Source: Gracilinanus agilis
Taxonomy: Eukaryota
Direction of reading: 5' to 3'
NCBI RefSeq assembly: GCF_016433145.1
Contig: NC_058130.1
Coordinates: 772,395,996-772,459,995, forward strand
DNA: 64,000 bases
This document shows, one piece after another, positions 51,337 through 61,900 of this stretch. The translations under genes were made by a program, and so were the position numbers. The notes beneath the pieces were generated by a model. The model was not told the DNA's origin. It saw only the letters and a list, made by a program, of their open reading frames with translations, and ran no database searches. Every line of letters starts with the position of its first letter. The first letter of the stretch is position 1.

Positions 51337-51857
51337 TTACTTCAGGTTGTCTTACATCTGCCTCATGCTTCCCACCTGAGTTCTCTCCACTAGAAACAGT
51401 TCGGCCATCTCTCTTTTCCAGAGGCAACTCTTCTTTGATTTTTCCCAATCCAATGGAAGAAGGCCTGGGAGCGTTTATTTTAGGTGTTTCTAATCACAAA
51501 ACTGAGCTTGAGTGAAGGTGCCAGATGCCTTCTTCCTTGCAGATCTATGGATCTCTTGAATGTCTCAAGCGAAGGAGATACAGCTTTAAATCTCCTTATC
51601 AGGAGATATCCTCAACAAAACAAAGCTTCTACCAAGAAATCCAAGCCTACCAGACAGACTCTAAGGCACCCAGTCCTAATGCATTCCTTCATCCGCTGTA
51701 CTGGGAAACTTCCAAGGCACTTTTGCCAGGCAAAGTCCTATTGGAGAAGCTCAAGCTTCAGGCTCAGAAGAATCATCCCTTCTCTTCCAGTTCAAAGATG
51801 ACCGGATACTTCTATTTTCAAAGCTTGAAGCTTCCAGTTCAAACCAGTATTTTAGTC
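51337..51857 (-). other. HPS4: HPS4 exon 2 5'UTR (about 521 nt) containing 4 uORFs
   Basis: Acceptor tttattcattatattcattctag at 51858; long leader consistent with the recalled human exon 2. Confidence 0.6.
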
Positions 51858-51989
51858 CTAGAATGAATATAATGAATAAAATATTTCAAAGCCCATGCTC
51901 CCATCATGTGACCTAACAGGCATCAGCAGATGCGAATGTTTTCAGAGCTTTCTTTGAGGTTTAAGAACTATGATTAAGAAAAGAAATAA

Positions 51990-52180
51990 GGGAGCAGTTA
52001 GGTGAATACAAAGCCAGACCTAAAGATGAGAGGTCCTGGGTGAAAATCTGCCTCAGACACTTCCAAATTGAGTGACCCTGGGCCAGTCATTTAACTCCAA
52101 TTGCCTAGCCCTTACCATTCTTCTGCCTTGGAACTAGGAAGAAGGTAAGGGTTTAAAAAAAAAAAAAAAAAAAAAAAGAA
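51990..52180 (+). mobile_element. SINE1_Mdo-like SINE
   Basis: Head, CORE, long poly-A. Confidence 0.8.
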
Positions 52181-52883
52181 AGAAGTGGAAGATCACCACA
52201 AAAGTCCCCAAAATAATCAAATATCATATAAACGCATACTATTATCTTAGATTTATATTACTCTTTAGATGAGTTAAACATTCCCAGTGTATCCATGAGA
52301 GGAGCAGAGGGTTCAAAGGTCACATGGTAGATAAACCAGGAAGCAAAATCTGAATGGAGATTTTTCTAGGACTTTTCACTCTAAATCGGGTAATCTCTTC
52401 TCTCTACTCTTCTCCTCCTCCTCTTCCTCCTCTCCTCACTGGAGTTGCAATCCAGTAGGTGGCAAAACTTCAGGATGAAGAGGGTAAATCAATCGAACTG
52501 TTGTGGGGGGATTGAGGTAAACCCCCGAGGTTCAGGAAGGGTACATTTTGCAAGGATGCAAGACTCTGAAACTTAGCTTAAAAATTTAAAAAGAAATTTA
52601 TTCATTTAGAAGGTAATGTTGAATCCGGCCAGGAGGACAGCAGAGGTGGAAGACTGCCTCCTAGGTGGAACAGCATAGATGGAAAGCTGTTCTCCAGATG
52701 AAATCAATTCTGGGGTCTTTATTCTCTGTAAAACAGTGAAGGCGTGACTCTGTGCCAAGGTAAAGACGTAATTCTAGAGTGGTATGAACTGAGGCATGGG
52801 GGGGGGGGGGTTGGGTTGGTCATCTTACTGGGGTCTGCCTGAATACATAGGAAGTGACCCTCATAGTTTAGAGAATAGATGGA

Positions 52884-53605
52884 GGGTTCCGGGTTAAGAT
52901 GGCTGCAGAGTAGAACAGGGCGCTTAACTCTCCTCACAACCGACCACCAGCATACCTCCAAAAGACAAGAAAACCAAATCCAGAGGAAAGAAGGGACCCC
53001 ACAATAGGACACAGTATTGAAGGTACATGGGATTTGGGCATTTCCACACTATAAGGGGGGGAAATAGCTCCCATCAAAACATGAGCTGATCAACCCTCCG
53101 CCACCCCACCTACAGTACCAGAGTCAGAGGCTGGGCACCAGAGTTGGGGGAGGGGGGGGCAAAATTTAGCTTCCTGGCAGCTAACTGGGACCACCAGGAG
53201 CTTGCCCCTGAGAGCAGCAAGACTTGAGACCCCAGGAGGCTGGACAGCGCAGACGTTGGGCACAGGAGCGGAGTTGAGAGAGGCAGCAGACAGTGGAAGA
53301 AGCTCAGTGCACAGAGACTCAGGGGAGAACCTCAGGCAGAGGAGCAAGCATGGGCCAATTTCCGGGCTCTGGGCAGCTGACTAGGACCACCAGGGGCTTG
53401 ACCCTGAGAACAGCTAGACTAGAGACCCCAGGAGGCTGGAAAGTGCAGAGCTTGAGTGCAGAAGTGAAGCTGAGAGGGGCCTCAGACAGCAGAGGCCTAG
53501 CAGATGGTGGAAACCAGGAGACTAGCAAAGCAGCCTCAGGCAAAAACTGCTCCTTAGCTCTATACCCAGAGAGCCGGCCTGCCTCACTCAGACTTCTGGC
53601 TGAGA
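52884..53605 (+). mobile_element. L1 5'UTR-only fragment with 14-15-bp TSD and two about 196-bp monomer repeats
   Basis: Starts gggttccgggttaagatggc (YY1-type motif); internal repeats begin at 53176 and 53372; flanked by (t)agagaa(t/c)agatgga at 52869-52883 and 53606-53620. Confidence 0.8.
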
Positions 53606-54317
53606 TAGAGAACAGATGGATGTCTGAGATACAACTTGATGATATCGAGGAGGCGTGTATCTCTGTCCATCTCAAATCTAAAGGGGGATCCAAGGAGGAT
53701 TATCCTCTCAGGGTCTTACAGGAGTTATCAGATGTTTTGGGGGTAGCAGCCACAAGGAAGCAAAGGAATTTCCCTGCTTAGAGTTTGCCTGAAACACTTC
53801 TATAGTTTTGGAGGTACAACATCCATGCCAGAACCATTCAGCTACCCATATACAGCACCAACAAAACAAAAATTAAGGAACTATCTTGGCAACCTGAGAC
53901 TGAAATGAAAGAAATGAATGCAAATTTCCCAGAAGTGGGCAGGTTCTGAACCACAAAAGCAGAATTTGCTAGTCCGGCTTTTGAATCATCAAAATCGACA
54001 AAGAAGTATCAGGGTTTTATGAGGTGGAAAGCCCCACGCCAGACACCAGAAAAGATACAAATGTCTATCTGAAGTGCCTGCCCTCTAAGAACATAGAACC
54101 TACAGGTGGCCATCCCTTTCCCCACAGGACAAAGCGGTTAAAGTTTGCAGAAAATGTCCAGCTCCCAGGATAACAATCAATTCTAAGGAAGGGGAGACGA
54201 GTATCTATCATCCTTTTTCACCTCTGTATCCACCAACAGCAGCTGACCCTGAGCATAGAGAATTTGTGACCTGAAATGAACTGAAGAAGCTTAGAGCCCT
54301 CAGAAAGACTGGTGGGA

Positions 54318-54430
54318 GGGGCAGCTAGATGGCTCAGTAGATTGAGAGTCAGGCTAGGTTCAAATCTGGCCTCAGACACTTCCTAGCTGTGTGACCCTGG
54401 GCAAGTCACTTAACCCCCATTGCCTAGCCC
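54318..54430 (+). mobile_element. SINE (truncated at gap)
   Basis: Head and CORE. Confidence 0.8.
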
Positions 54431-54466
54431 TGTAACATATAAAATTAATATAGAAGGATATATATA

Positions 54467-54530
54467 NNNNNNNNNNNNNNNNNNNNNNNNNNNNNNNNNN
54501 NNNNNNNNNNNNNNNNNNNNNNNNNNNNNN
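54467..54530. other. Assembly gap (64 N)
   Basis: Run of n. Confidence 1.
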
Positions 54531-54605
54531 GAAGGAAGGAAGGAAGGAAGGAAGGAAGGAAGGAAGGAAGGAAGGAAGGAAGGAAGGAAGGAAGGAAGGA
54601 AGGAA
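54531..54605 (+). repeat. (GGAA)n microsatellite
   Basis: About 18 perfect units after the gap. Confidence 0.98.
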
Positions 54606-55612
54606 AACTGGTGGGAAAACAAGAGAAGGGACATGGACTGGTAACCAGGGTACTTGGGTTCTAAATCTTGGCTCTGCCACTAATTTGGTGTGCGACCTTT
54701 GGGGCTGTTTTCCCCTCTATAAAAGAAGGAATTGGCCTAGCTTCTAAGGTGTCTCCCAGGCTCAGTCTTTGTCCTTGGTTCTAAGCTCCTACAAGCTTGA
54801 CATTCTGTGCCCTAAAGTTCCCTTTTTTGCATCTTCTAACAGTCTGTGACTGGGCTCCTGGGTGCTGCTCACACAAACTGTCTCCAGACTCCATGCCTCC
54901 TTATCTATGCTCACTGGTTCCAAGTTGCAGAAAAGATGCCATCTTCTCCAGAAAACGTTTCAGTTCCTTTTATCCCATCTACAGCTTGTTTGTACGGAGC
55001 TGCGTGCATGCTGTCTCCCCATTGGATTCTGAGCTCCTCCTCCTCCGCCTTTTACCTTTCTTTGTACCCCAAGAGCTTGGCACACAGTAGGTGCTCACTG
55101 ACTTATAGGGCCAAGTATACAGTAGGCACTTAATCTTTATTTTGTTTCCCCAAAGCTGTACAAGTGCCTGGCACACATTAGGCGCTTACTAAATGCATGT
55201 CTCCCCAGTGTTGAGCAGTGTCTGGCACGCAGTAGGCGCTGAATAAACACTTGCTGACCAAAGCGTGCCGAGGTCCCTCAGCCGCCCGTCCTCCCCCCAG
55301 CCGCGGCGCTCATGCCAGGCCCTAGGCCGCCTCCGAGTCTCAGTTTCCCCCGGTACGCACGTGGGAACAGCCACACTAGGTCCCACTTCCCTTCTCGCTC
55401 GCTGCCTTCCCCGCCCCTCAGGCCGCGGTCTGCGCGTGCGCAGTCCGCCCAAGGGAGGGGGTCGGGGCGTCCAAAAGTAGTCTGAGGTCCCCGACCTCTA
55501 GCTCTTAGAGAAGTTGAGGTCGAGTGAGCCGCGGGTCGAGAGAGTGAGGGCCCGAGAGAGGTCGCTCTCCCCAACCTGCCTTCCTCCCTCCTCCAGTTCC
55601 CTCCCGGGCTAC

Positions 55613-55700
55613 CTGAGCACGGTGCGAGCGGCGGCCCCTCCCGGTCACGCGCAGGGACCACCCCGCCCTCTCCCTCTCCTCCTCCTAAATCCCTCCCTCG
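55613..55700 (-). other. HPS4: Probable HPS4 non-coding exon 1 (5' end uncertain)
   Basis: Donor CTCAG|GTAGCC on - strand at 55613/55612 within the island; TSS not determinable. Confidence 0.45.
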
Positions 55701-55802
55701 TCCCGCCCCCTTCGCTTCCCCCTCCTCTGCACCACCTCCCCCCGGTTCGGTCGCGGGGGACGCTGGGAACTGGCACGGGGTGATGACGTCGGCCGCAGCT
55801 CC

Positions 55803-55948
55803 ATGGAGGCTACCACGGCTGAGGGATGGAGAACGGTCCCGAAGCGCAAGGGGCGGCGCCCGAGACCAGCCGAGCCGCACGTGGTAGCGGAGGTCCCTGA
55901 GACGGGCGGGGATGGCGAGGCAGTGCGAAGGCGGGTCTGTGAGGCCCG
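55803..55948 (+). CDS. SRRD: SRRD exon 1 (start codon uncertain)
   Basis: [19 protein letters not shown]...AVRRRVCEA(R); donor CG|gtgagc. Confidence 0.82.
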
Positions 55949-58900
55949 GTGAGCACGAAGTAGCCCGGGGGGTGGAGGCAGCTCTAGATAGGGAAACTGG
56001 AGGTCTCCCGAGGTCCGCCTCGGGAGCCCCCCCAGCGCCCGGAGAGGCCCCACGACCGGGGGGGCAAAAAGGCCTCAGCTAGAATCCGTCCCCATTATTC
56101 ACCTCTGCGCACCTCAGCTTCCTCCTCATTAAAATGGGAGCAGTGACAGCTGCCGCCTGGCACTGTTGTGAGGGTCTGACGGGATGATATTTGTGAAGGG
56201 CCCCTAATCCATGCATACACAACACCCCCATTTTTCCTAACGCTGTTGTAAAGCTCCCCCCACCCCAAGTTAAGGCTTCTGTTCCCAGGCTGGAGGCCTT
56301 CGCTTTTTTGTGCTTAGGATCCCTTGGTCAGTACTTAAAACGGAGTAATAGGAACAGGGTAGCCAGGTGGGGCCGTGGATTGAGAGCCAGGCCCAAAGAT
56401 GGGAGGTCCTAAGATCCAGTCTGGCAGCAGACATTTCTAGCTGTGTGACCCTGGGCAGGTCACTTTACCCCATTGCCTAGCCCTTACCACTCTTCTGCCT
56501 TGGAACCAATACACAGTATTGATTCTAAGATGGAAGGTGAGGGTAAAAAAAATAGGATTGCAAAAGATCTCCATTATATTCGAGTGCAGTGATGGGCAAA
56601 GTTTTTAAAGAGGGGTTGGAAGGAAAGGAAATGCTCATCTGTCAGTCTGTTTCTAAGGCAGCTCTTTCAAAGTTTCATTGTATTGTATCCTACTCATTGT
56701 ATCCCGTCAGATTAGGAATAATGCCCCACCACCCTATAGAACATTTCAGGGGGCCCGAAATTTGCCCATCACTGTTAATGCAGTCAGCAAAATAGATATA
56801 TTTTTTAAACTCCAAGTCTTTAATCCTCTTTAAGAAACCCGGCTCTGTCATCACAGGGCACTCACTTTGGAGCTCCTTTGCTCCTTCTTTCCCAGTAACA
56901 TTGCAGTGTTTACCCCTGTTTTTTGGAGCCTCCTGATTAACATGGACTTCCCCAAAACAGAAAAGCTAGAAAGTCAACTTGTGGTGCAAAGGGCACTGAT
57001 CCCCCAAGTCAGAAGGGAACCCTAACATTGAGACCAGCTATCAGCAGGGTTCAGGACCTTGAACAAGTCACTTTCCTTTATTAAATGAAGAGATGAAACC
57101 AAATAGTCTCAAAGGGACTTTCCAAATTGGGTAGACTTCAAGCATAAGAAAATACAATTGGATCTGGGGAAAAGGAAATATAAAACTTTTAATTATTCAA
57201 TAAGACTTTATTAAATGCTTGCTTTTTGTCAGGCCCTTGGCTAAGTGGTGGGATATAAAAATAATGTCCCTACCTTCATGTACTTTATGCTTTCCTAAGA
57301 GATGAAACAGCTGTACATAAATAAGAAAATACAAAGTAATGGAGGGTCAGGAGAAAGGAGAAGAACAATAACAATAGTAAGGCCTGAAAGGATTTTTTTT
57401 TTTTTTTTTTAATCCTGGGACTCTATTCTAGGAGCATAGGGCCACAACCAGTAGGCAACAGGACACACAGTCGCTCAGGGTCACCCAGCTGGGAAGTGTC
57501 CGAGGCCGGACTTGAACCTAGGACCTTTTGTCTCTAGGCCTGGCTCTCAATCCACTGAGCTAGCCCAGCTGCCCCTACCTTAGGTTGCAGTTTCTTTAGC
57601 AGATGTAGTTTTTACAGGGTGAGGTTGCTAGCCCCATGCCCAACCCTCCTCCTTTTTCATCCCGGCTAGGGACTTTCCAGTCTGGCTTCTGACATCATTC
57701 CAAAGTGACCAATGATCTCTCAGTTGCCAAATCCATTGGTCTTTTCTCAGTCCTCATTCTCCTTGACCTCTCTGCAGCTTTTTGCATTCTTTTTTTTGTT
57801 TGTTTTTAAACTCTTACCTTCGATCTTGGAGTTAATATTGTGTATCAGCTCCAAGGCAGAAGAGCAGTAAGGGTAGGCAATGGGGGTCAAGGGACTTGCC
57901 CAGGGTCACACAGCTGGGAAGTGTCTGAGGCCGGATTTGATCCGGGCTAGGGACCGTCCTTGGCCCAGGAGTGGTATGGGTGGGCAATAGGGGTCAAGTG
58001 ACTTTCCCAGGGTCACACAGCTGGAAGTGTCCGAGGCCGGACTTGAACCTAGGACCTCCAGTCTCTAGGCCTGGCTCTCAATCCACTGAGCCACCCAGGG
58101 GGCATGAATTTGACCTTGAAGTAACTAGATTAGGGATGGTATTGTTTCTGCAGGGGCTGAAAAGCTCCCACTCCCTCAGGCCTTGCCTTCCCAAATGGGT
58201 TTCTTGTTATAAGGCTAGTATGAGTTTAGGGAATAACAATGGGCATGTGGTCTTGGTTTCTAACTAGACTCTCAATTTTATTCTCTTATAAAGCCTGGAT
58301 CCTTCTTTCCTGTAGTTTGGGAGAATCTCAGTAAAGTTCCCACTTATTACTGCCCAAGGCGATCATAAGCAACCCACACACAGTCTGTCCCAGCTTCGTG
58401 AAAAGCTAATGGTGCAGTCAGCTTCCCTACTTGCTGGGTGGAAGGTGGCTGCAGCTTCTGTTGGCCTTGGGCATCTCTTGAGAAAATGAATTACTTTGGA
58501 ATGATGAGGTCCCCTTTGTGAATGAAGGGGGTGAAAAGTGTTTGGGCAGGAGGCTCAGCTCTAAGGGTCAAATAAAATGGGATGTTAAAAGAACTCCTGA
58601 AAGAAAAGGAAGAAATAATTTTGTATTTATCATTAACAGGGAGGACCTGATCATCTCTGATTTCTGGCGTTTAACAGAGGGTGAGTAATACCCCCTTCAT
58701 CTCTGAGTACAGAAGAAAAGTAGTACCAGAGGAGGTTCGTTAAGGCTTTGGTGGACCCTGAGGAAAATTCATTTATTTTGGCTTCTCTGTCTGCCCCTAG
58801 TCTTTAAGAAAATAGTATATTTGATAAATTTAATACTGATTATAAGTTCATAACCATTCAAGAAATAAGCCTAGCAATCCACAATGGAAAAGGAAAGTGT

Positions 58901-61900
58901 AAGAAACCATTTCTTTCTCAGCTATATTGACCAGCCAGATGATTTTGTCCATTAGTGCATACATCTTTGATAGGTACTGCATAGAAAGTGAATGGAGCCC
59001 TTAATTGAACAGTTAGCTGGATTACCATTAGGAAACTGCATATCATTTTAAATGGTCCAAAGCTGGGTACTACTGCAGAAGCCCATCATTTTGACCATTC
59101 CCCCCCCCCCTCCCCCCCGTAGGGCTAAATTGATGTTAAGAATAGCATTATCTTGGGAGAATCCAAGTTGCAGCAGTAAGATGCATGGTATATGTAGGCT
59201 GCGTTATACCTGCAAAAGTGACCTAAGAGATATGTAGAGATTAAAATTAATGTCCAATTACTAAGTATTCTATTTTAAAAGTTTTATTAATAATGCCTAA
59301 AGTAAAAAGCTCCCTAAACCACCCAGCCCAAAAGAGAGAGGCGGAGCCTCAGAACTTCTACAAACCTGACCATGCAAATGTGGACAAAGGGAAAAGCTTT
59401 CTAGGTAATACAGAAAGGAATTTTGGGTAATGTAGTTTTAGGGGTTCAAGATACTTCTACCTATACAGATATTTATCCATGTCACATGTGATCAGAAAGG
59501 GAGATGAGCTGGGAATCATGATATGATATCAAAGATTAACAGACCGGTAGCCTTCAGAGTATTCAAGGAATATGAGAGAATTGGGGGAAGGCCTACAGAT
59601 AGTACACTGGATAACTCATCTCTGGAAGAGTTATAGAAGACATGGGCAGCAGAAAGCTATTAAACTGAATCTAGTCTAGCTCTCTGCACAAATGGAGGGA
59701 GATCATGGATTCCTTAAAGTCTCTAAAGTGAAAGTAGTGCGGGAGTCTGTGGGAAGCCAATAAGAGAATAGATAAAAATCTGAGGCCCCTCTTTTGACAC
59801 CTCTTATGAACCATACCTTTTCTTATTGGAAAAACATTATAGACTTATTGAAAAGCTTTGAGTCCTTAGCAGACCAGCAACTACTGAGTTAAAAATTTCT
59901 CTCCTTGATAATTAAGAAACCTGAACTCTAAAAAATATATTCAAGGCTGGACACAGACAAAGATAGAGATAAGACTGAAGCCAGACTATCTGACCAGGTG
60001 CAGACCTGTAAATCAAGGCAGAACGCAATTAGTAAACATCTCCATGAAATATATTTCTGCTCCCAGAATTAACCCCTACTAATTGGTGGTTGGAATTTGG
60101 CCCTTGTCCTTGTACCTATATCTCTACTTTTTAGACTTTAATGGATTGTGTATGATTTGTAACTCCTTCACAGCTGTGACTCTTTCTTTGTGTTCTTTGT
60201 TTAAAACCAGTATAAAACAAAGTCCAAATCCCATAGCGTTAGATCAACATGGGCTAACCACTAGTCTGGTTGTTCTCATTTTCTTTTTCCTGTCTTAACA
60301 ATCCGATGCCACAAAACGCCACTCAGGACCCCTACCATATAGAGCTGGCTCTCTATAGGAGTCGGCATCACATGTACTGAAACGACAACAATCCAGTGTT
60401 CACTTGAATGTAGTCACTGAGAAGAGATGACATGCAAATTCACAAAATAGTGTAAAAAAAAAAAAGCATCAACTTTTGTTAAAAGGAAAAATTAAAGAAT
60501 GGCAGACTTCACATTTGCCCCTTTCCCATAAATCAAAAGACTAGCTTGGAAGAGTTCTCTGTGAGAGACCTGGGGGCACCTGCTTCTTCCCTGGGTTTGT
60601 AGGCTGTTTTCAAAGACCCCATTCCTAGCTTGTTAATATTTCTGCTACCTGCCCTGAAAAGAGGGCCTCCCTCAGAACTGACTAGTCCAGTTGCAGTTGT
60701 CTGTCTCTTTCACAGATTGAAGAACACTGAAATCAAACTCGTGTAGAATAGTTAGGTACAATTATTTAAGAGCCTTTCAGTTTCCAAGTATTGTTATTTT
60801 CATATTTCTCTTTCTCATTGTAGCCCCAGGCTTTTGCTCATTACTGTGCATGAAGTGTAGGCACTTAAGTGTTGCTTTCACGAATAGTGTTCTTTTATAA
60901 GGAAGCCTCCTTGTGGAGGTAGGACAGGGTTTTCACCTACTACTTCAGTACAGAGCCACAATTATTCACTTTAACAATTCATTAGGTGCTTATACTGTCT
61001 GAAAGGCCTGTTAGGCACTGAGCAATGTAAGCAAGGGAAACCTTTTCACTGAAATCAGTTTTCTTGTCTTTCTTCCTTTCAAACACTTAATGTCGACCAT
61101 GTGATTTACAATCTCAAACCATCTCTTCTGTTGGAATTTTTGTTTCTTGCTGTTCAGAACTTATCCAGAAGTGTTTTACTAAACCTATGGACCAACTACA
61201 GGGAGGTCCAGAGCCCATTTCAGAAGTCCTTGAACGCCTCTGTCTCGAACCATCACAGCACCCAGTTGAGGCACCCAATTCCAACTTAAGGGAAGAGTCA
61301 TTAGAGAGGACAAGCCATTTTAAGTGTGTTTGCTATGGAATTGGGAAGTTTGCTTCATGTGTAATAGCTCGAAACCAACTAGCATTTTTACTTCTCTTTC
61401 TGGAAAAGTTACAGGTAAGGATAGTACATTTGTAATGGAAATGGAAATTGAAAGATCTGGCTGACTCATTAGCATCTCATTTCTCTTTCTTGTGCAGATT
61501 CCCAGAAATCACTGCTATTTATTTGATCCTCTCTTTAATAAACTTGAAATTTCCGTTCTTAATGCCTTCGGTCTGACTGTTCTCAATGAGAATGAGGTAA
61601 GATTTTAAGAATAAGAATGTGCTGGGGGAGGTTGGTGGCTCTGTGGATAGAAAAACAGACCCAGAGTCAGGAGGTCTGGAGTTCAAGTTTGTCCTTAGAT
61701 ACTTCCTAGCTGAGTGACCCTGGGCAAATCATTTAACCCCAAATTGCCCAGCCCTTACTGCTCTTATGCCTTGGAACCAATACACAGTATTGATCCTAAG
61801 ATGGAAAGTAAGGGTTTAAAAAAATAAAAGAATAAGAATGTGCTAGGGGAACTTAGCACAGATTTTCTCAGCTCAAGGCAAGGTTCTAGACCATGGGATT

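Larger units (their letters stand above)
55260..56060. promoter_or_regulatory. CpG island / HPS4-SRRD bidirectional promoter
   Basis: Very GC- and CpG-rich; GC boxes near 55411, 55661 and 55703; NRF1-like TGCGCGTGCGCA at 55431-55442; CRE-like TGACGTC at 55784-55790; head-to-head genes. Confidence 0.92.

Noticed and set aside
51484-51866. Two overlapping ORFs over 100 aa antisense to the HPS4 leader
   Set aside because: No homology or splice support; better explained as the opposite strand of the HPS4 5'UTR exon.
53293-53781. 162-aa ORF
   Set aside because: Starts in L1 5'UTR monomer repeats and runs into flank; not ORF1-like.
55278-56053. 200-aa and 122-aa - strand ORFs in the CpG island
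   Set aside because: Stop-codon scarcity in very GC-rich promoter DNA.
59193-60337. Alternative LTR boundaries TGTAGG...CCTACCA with TATA flanks
   Set aside because: Homology with copy A continues past this end to CTCTATA, and the exact GGAGTC 6-bp TSD defines 59748-60357 instead.
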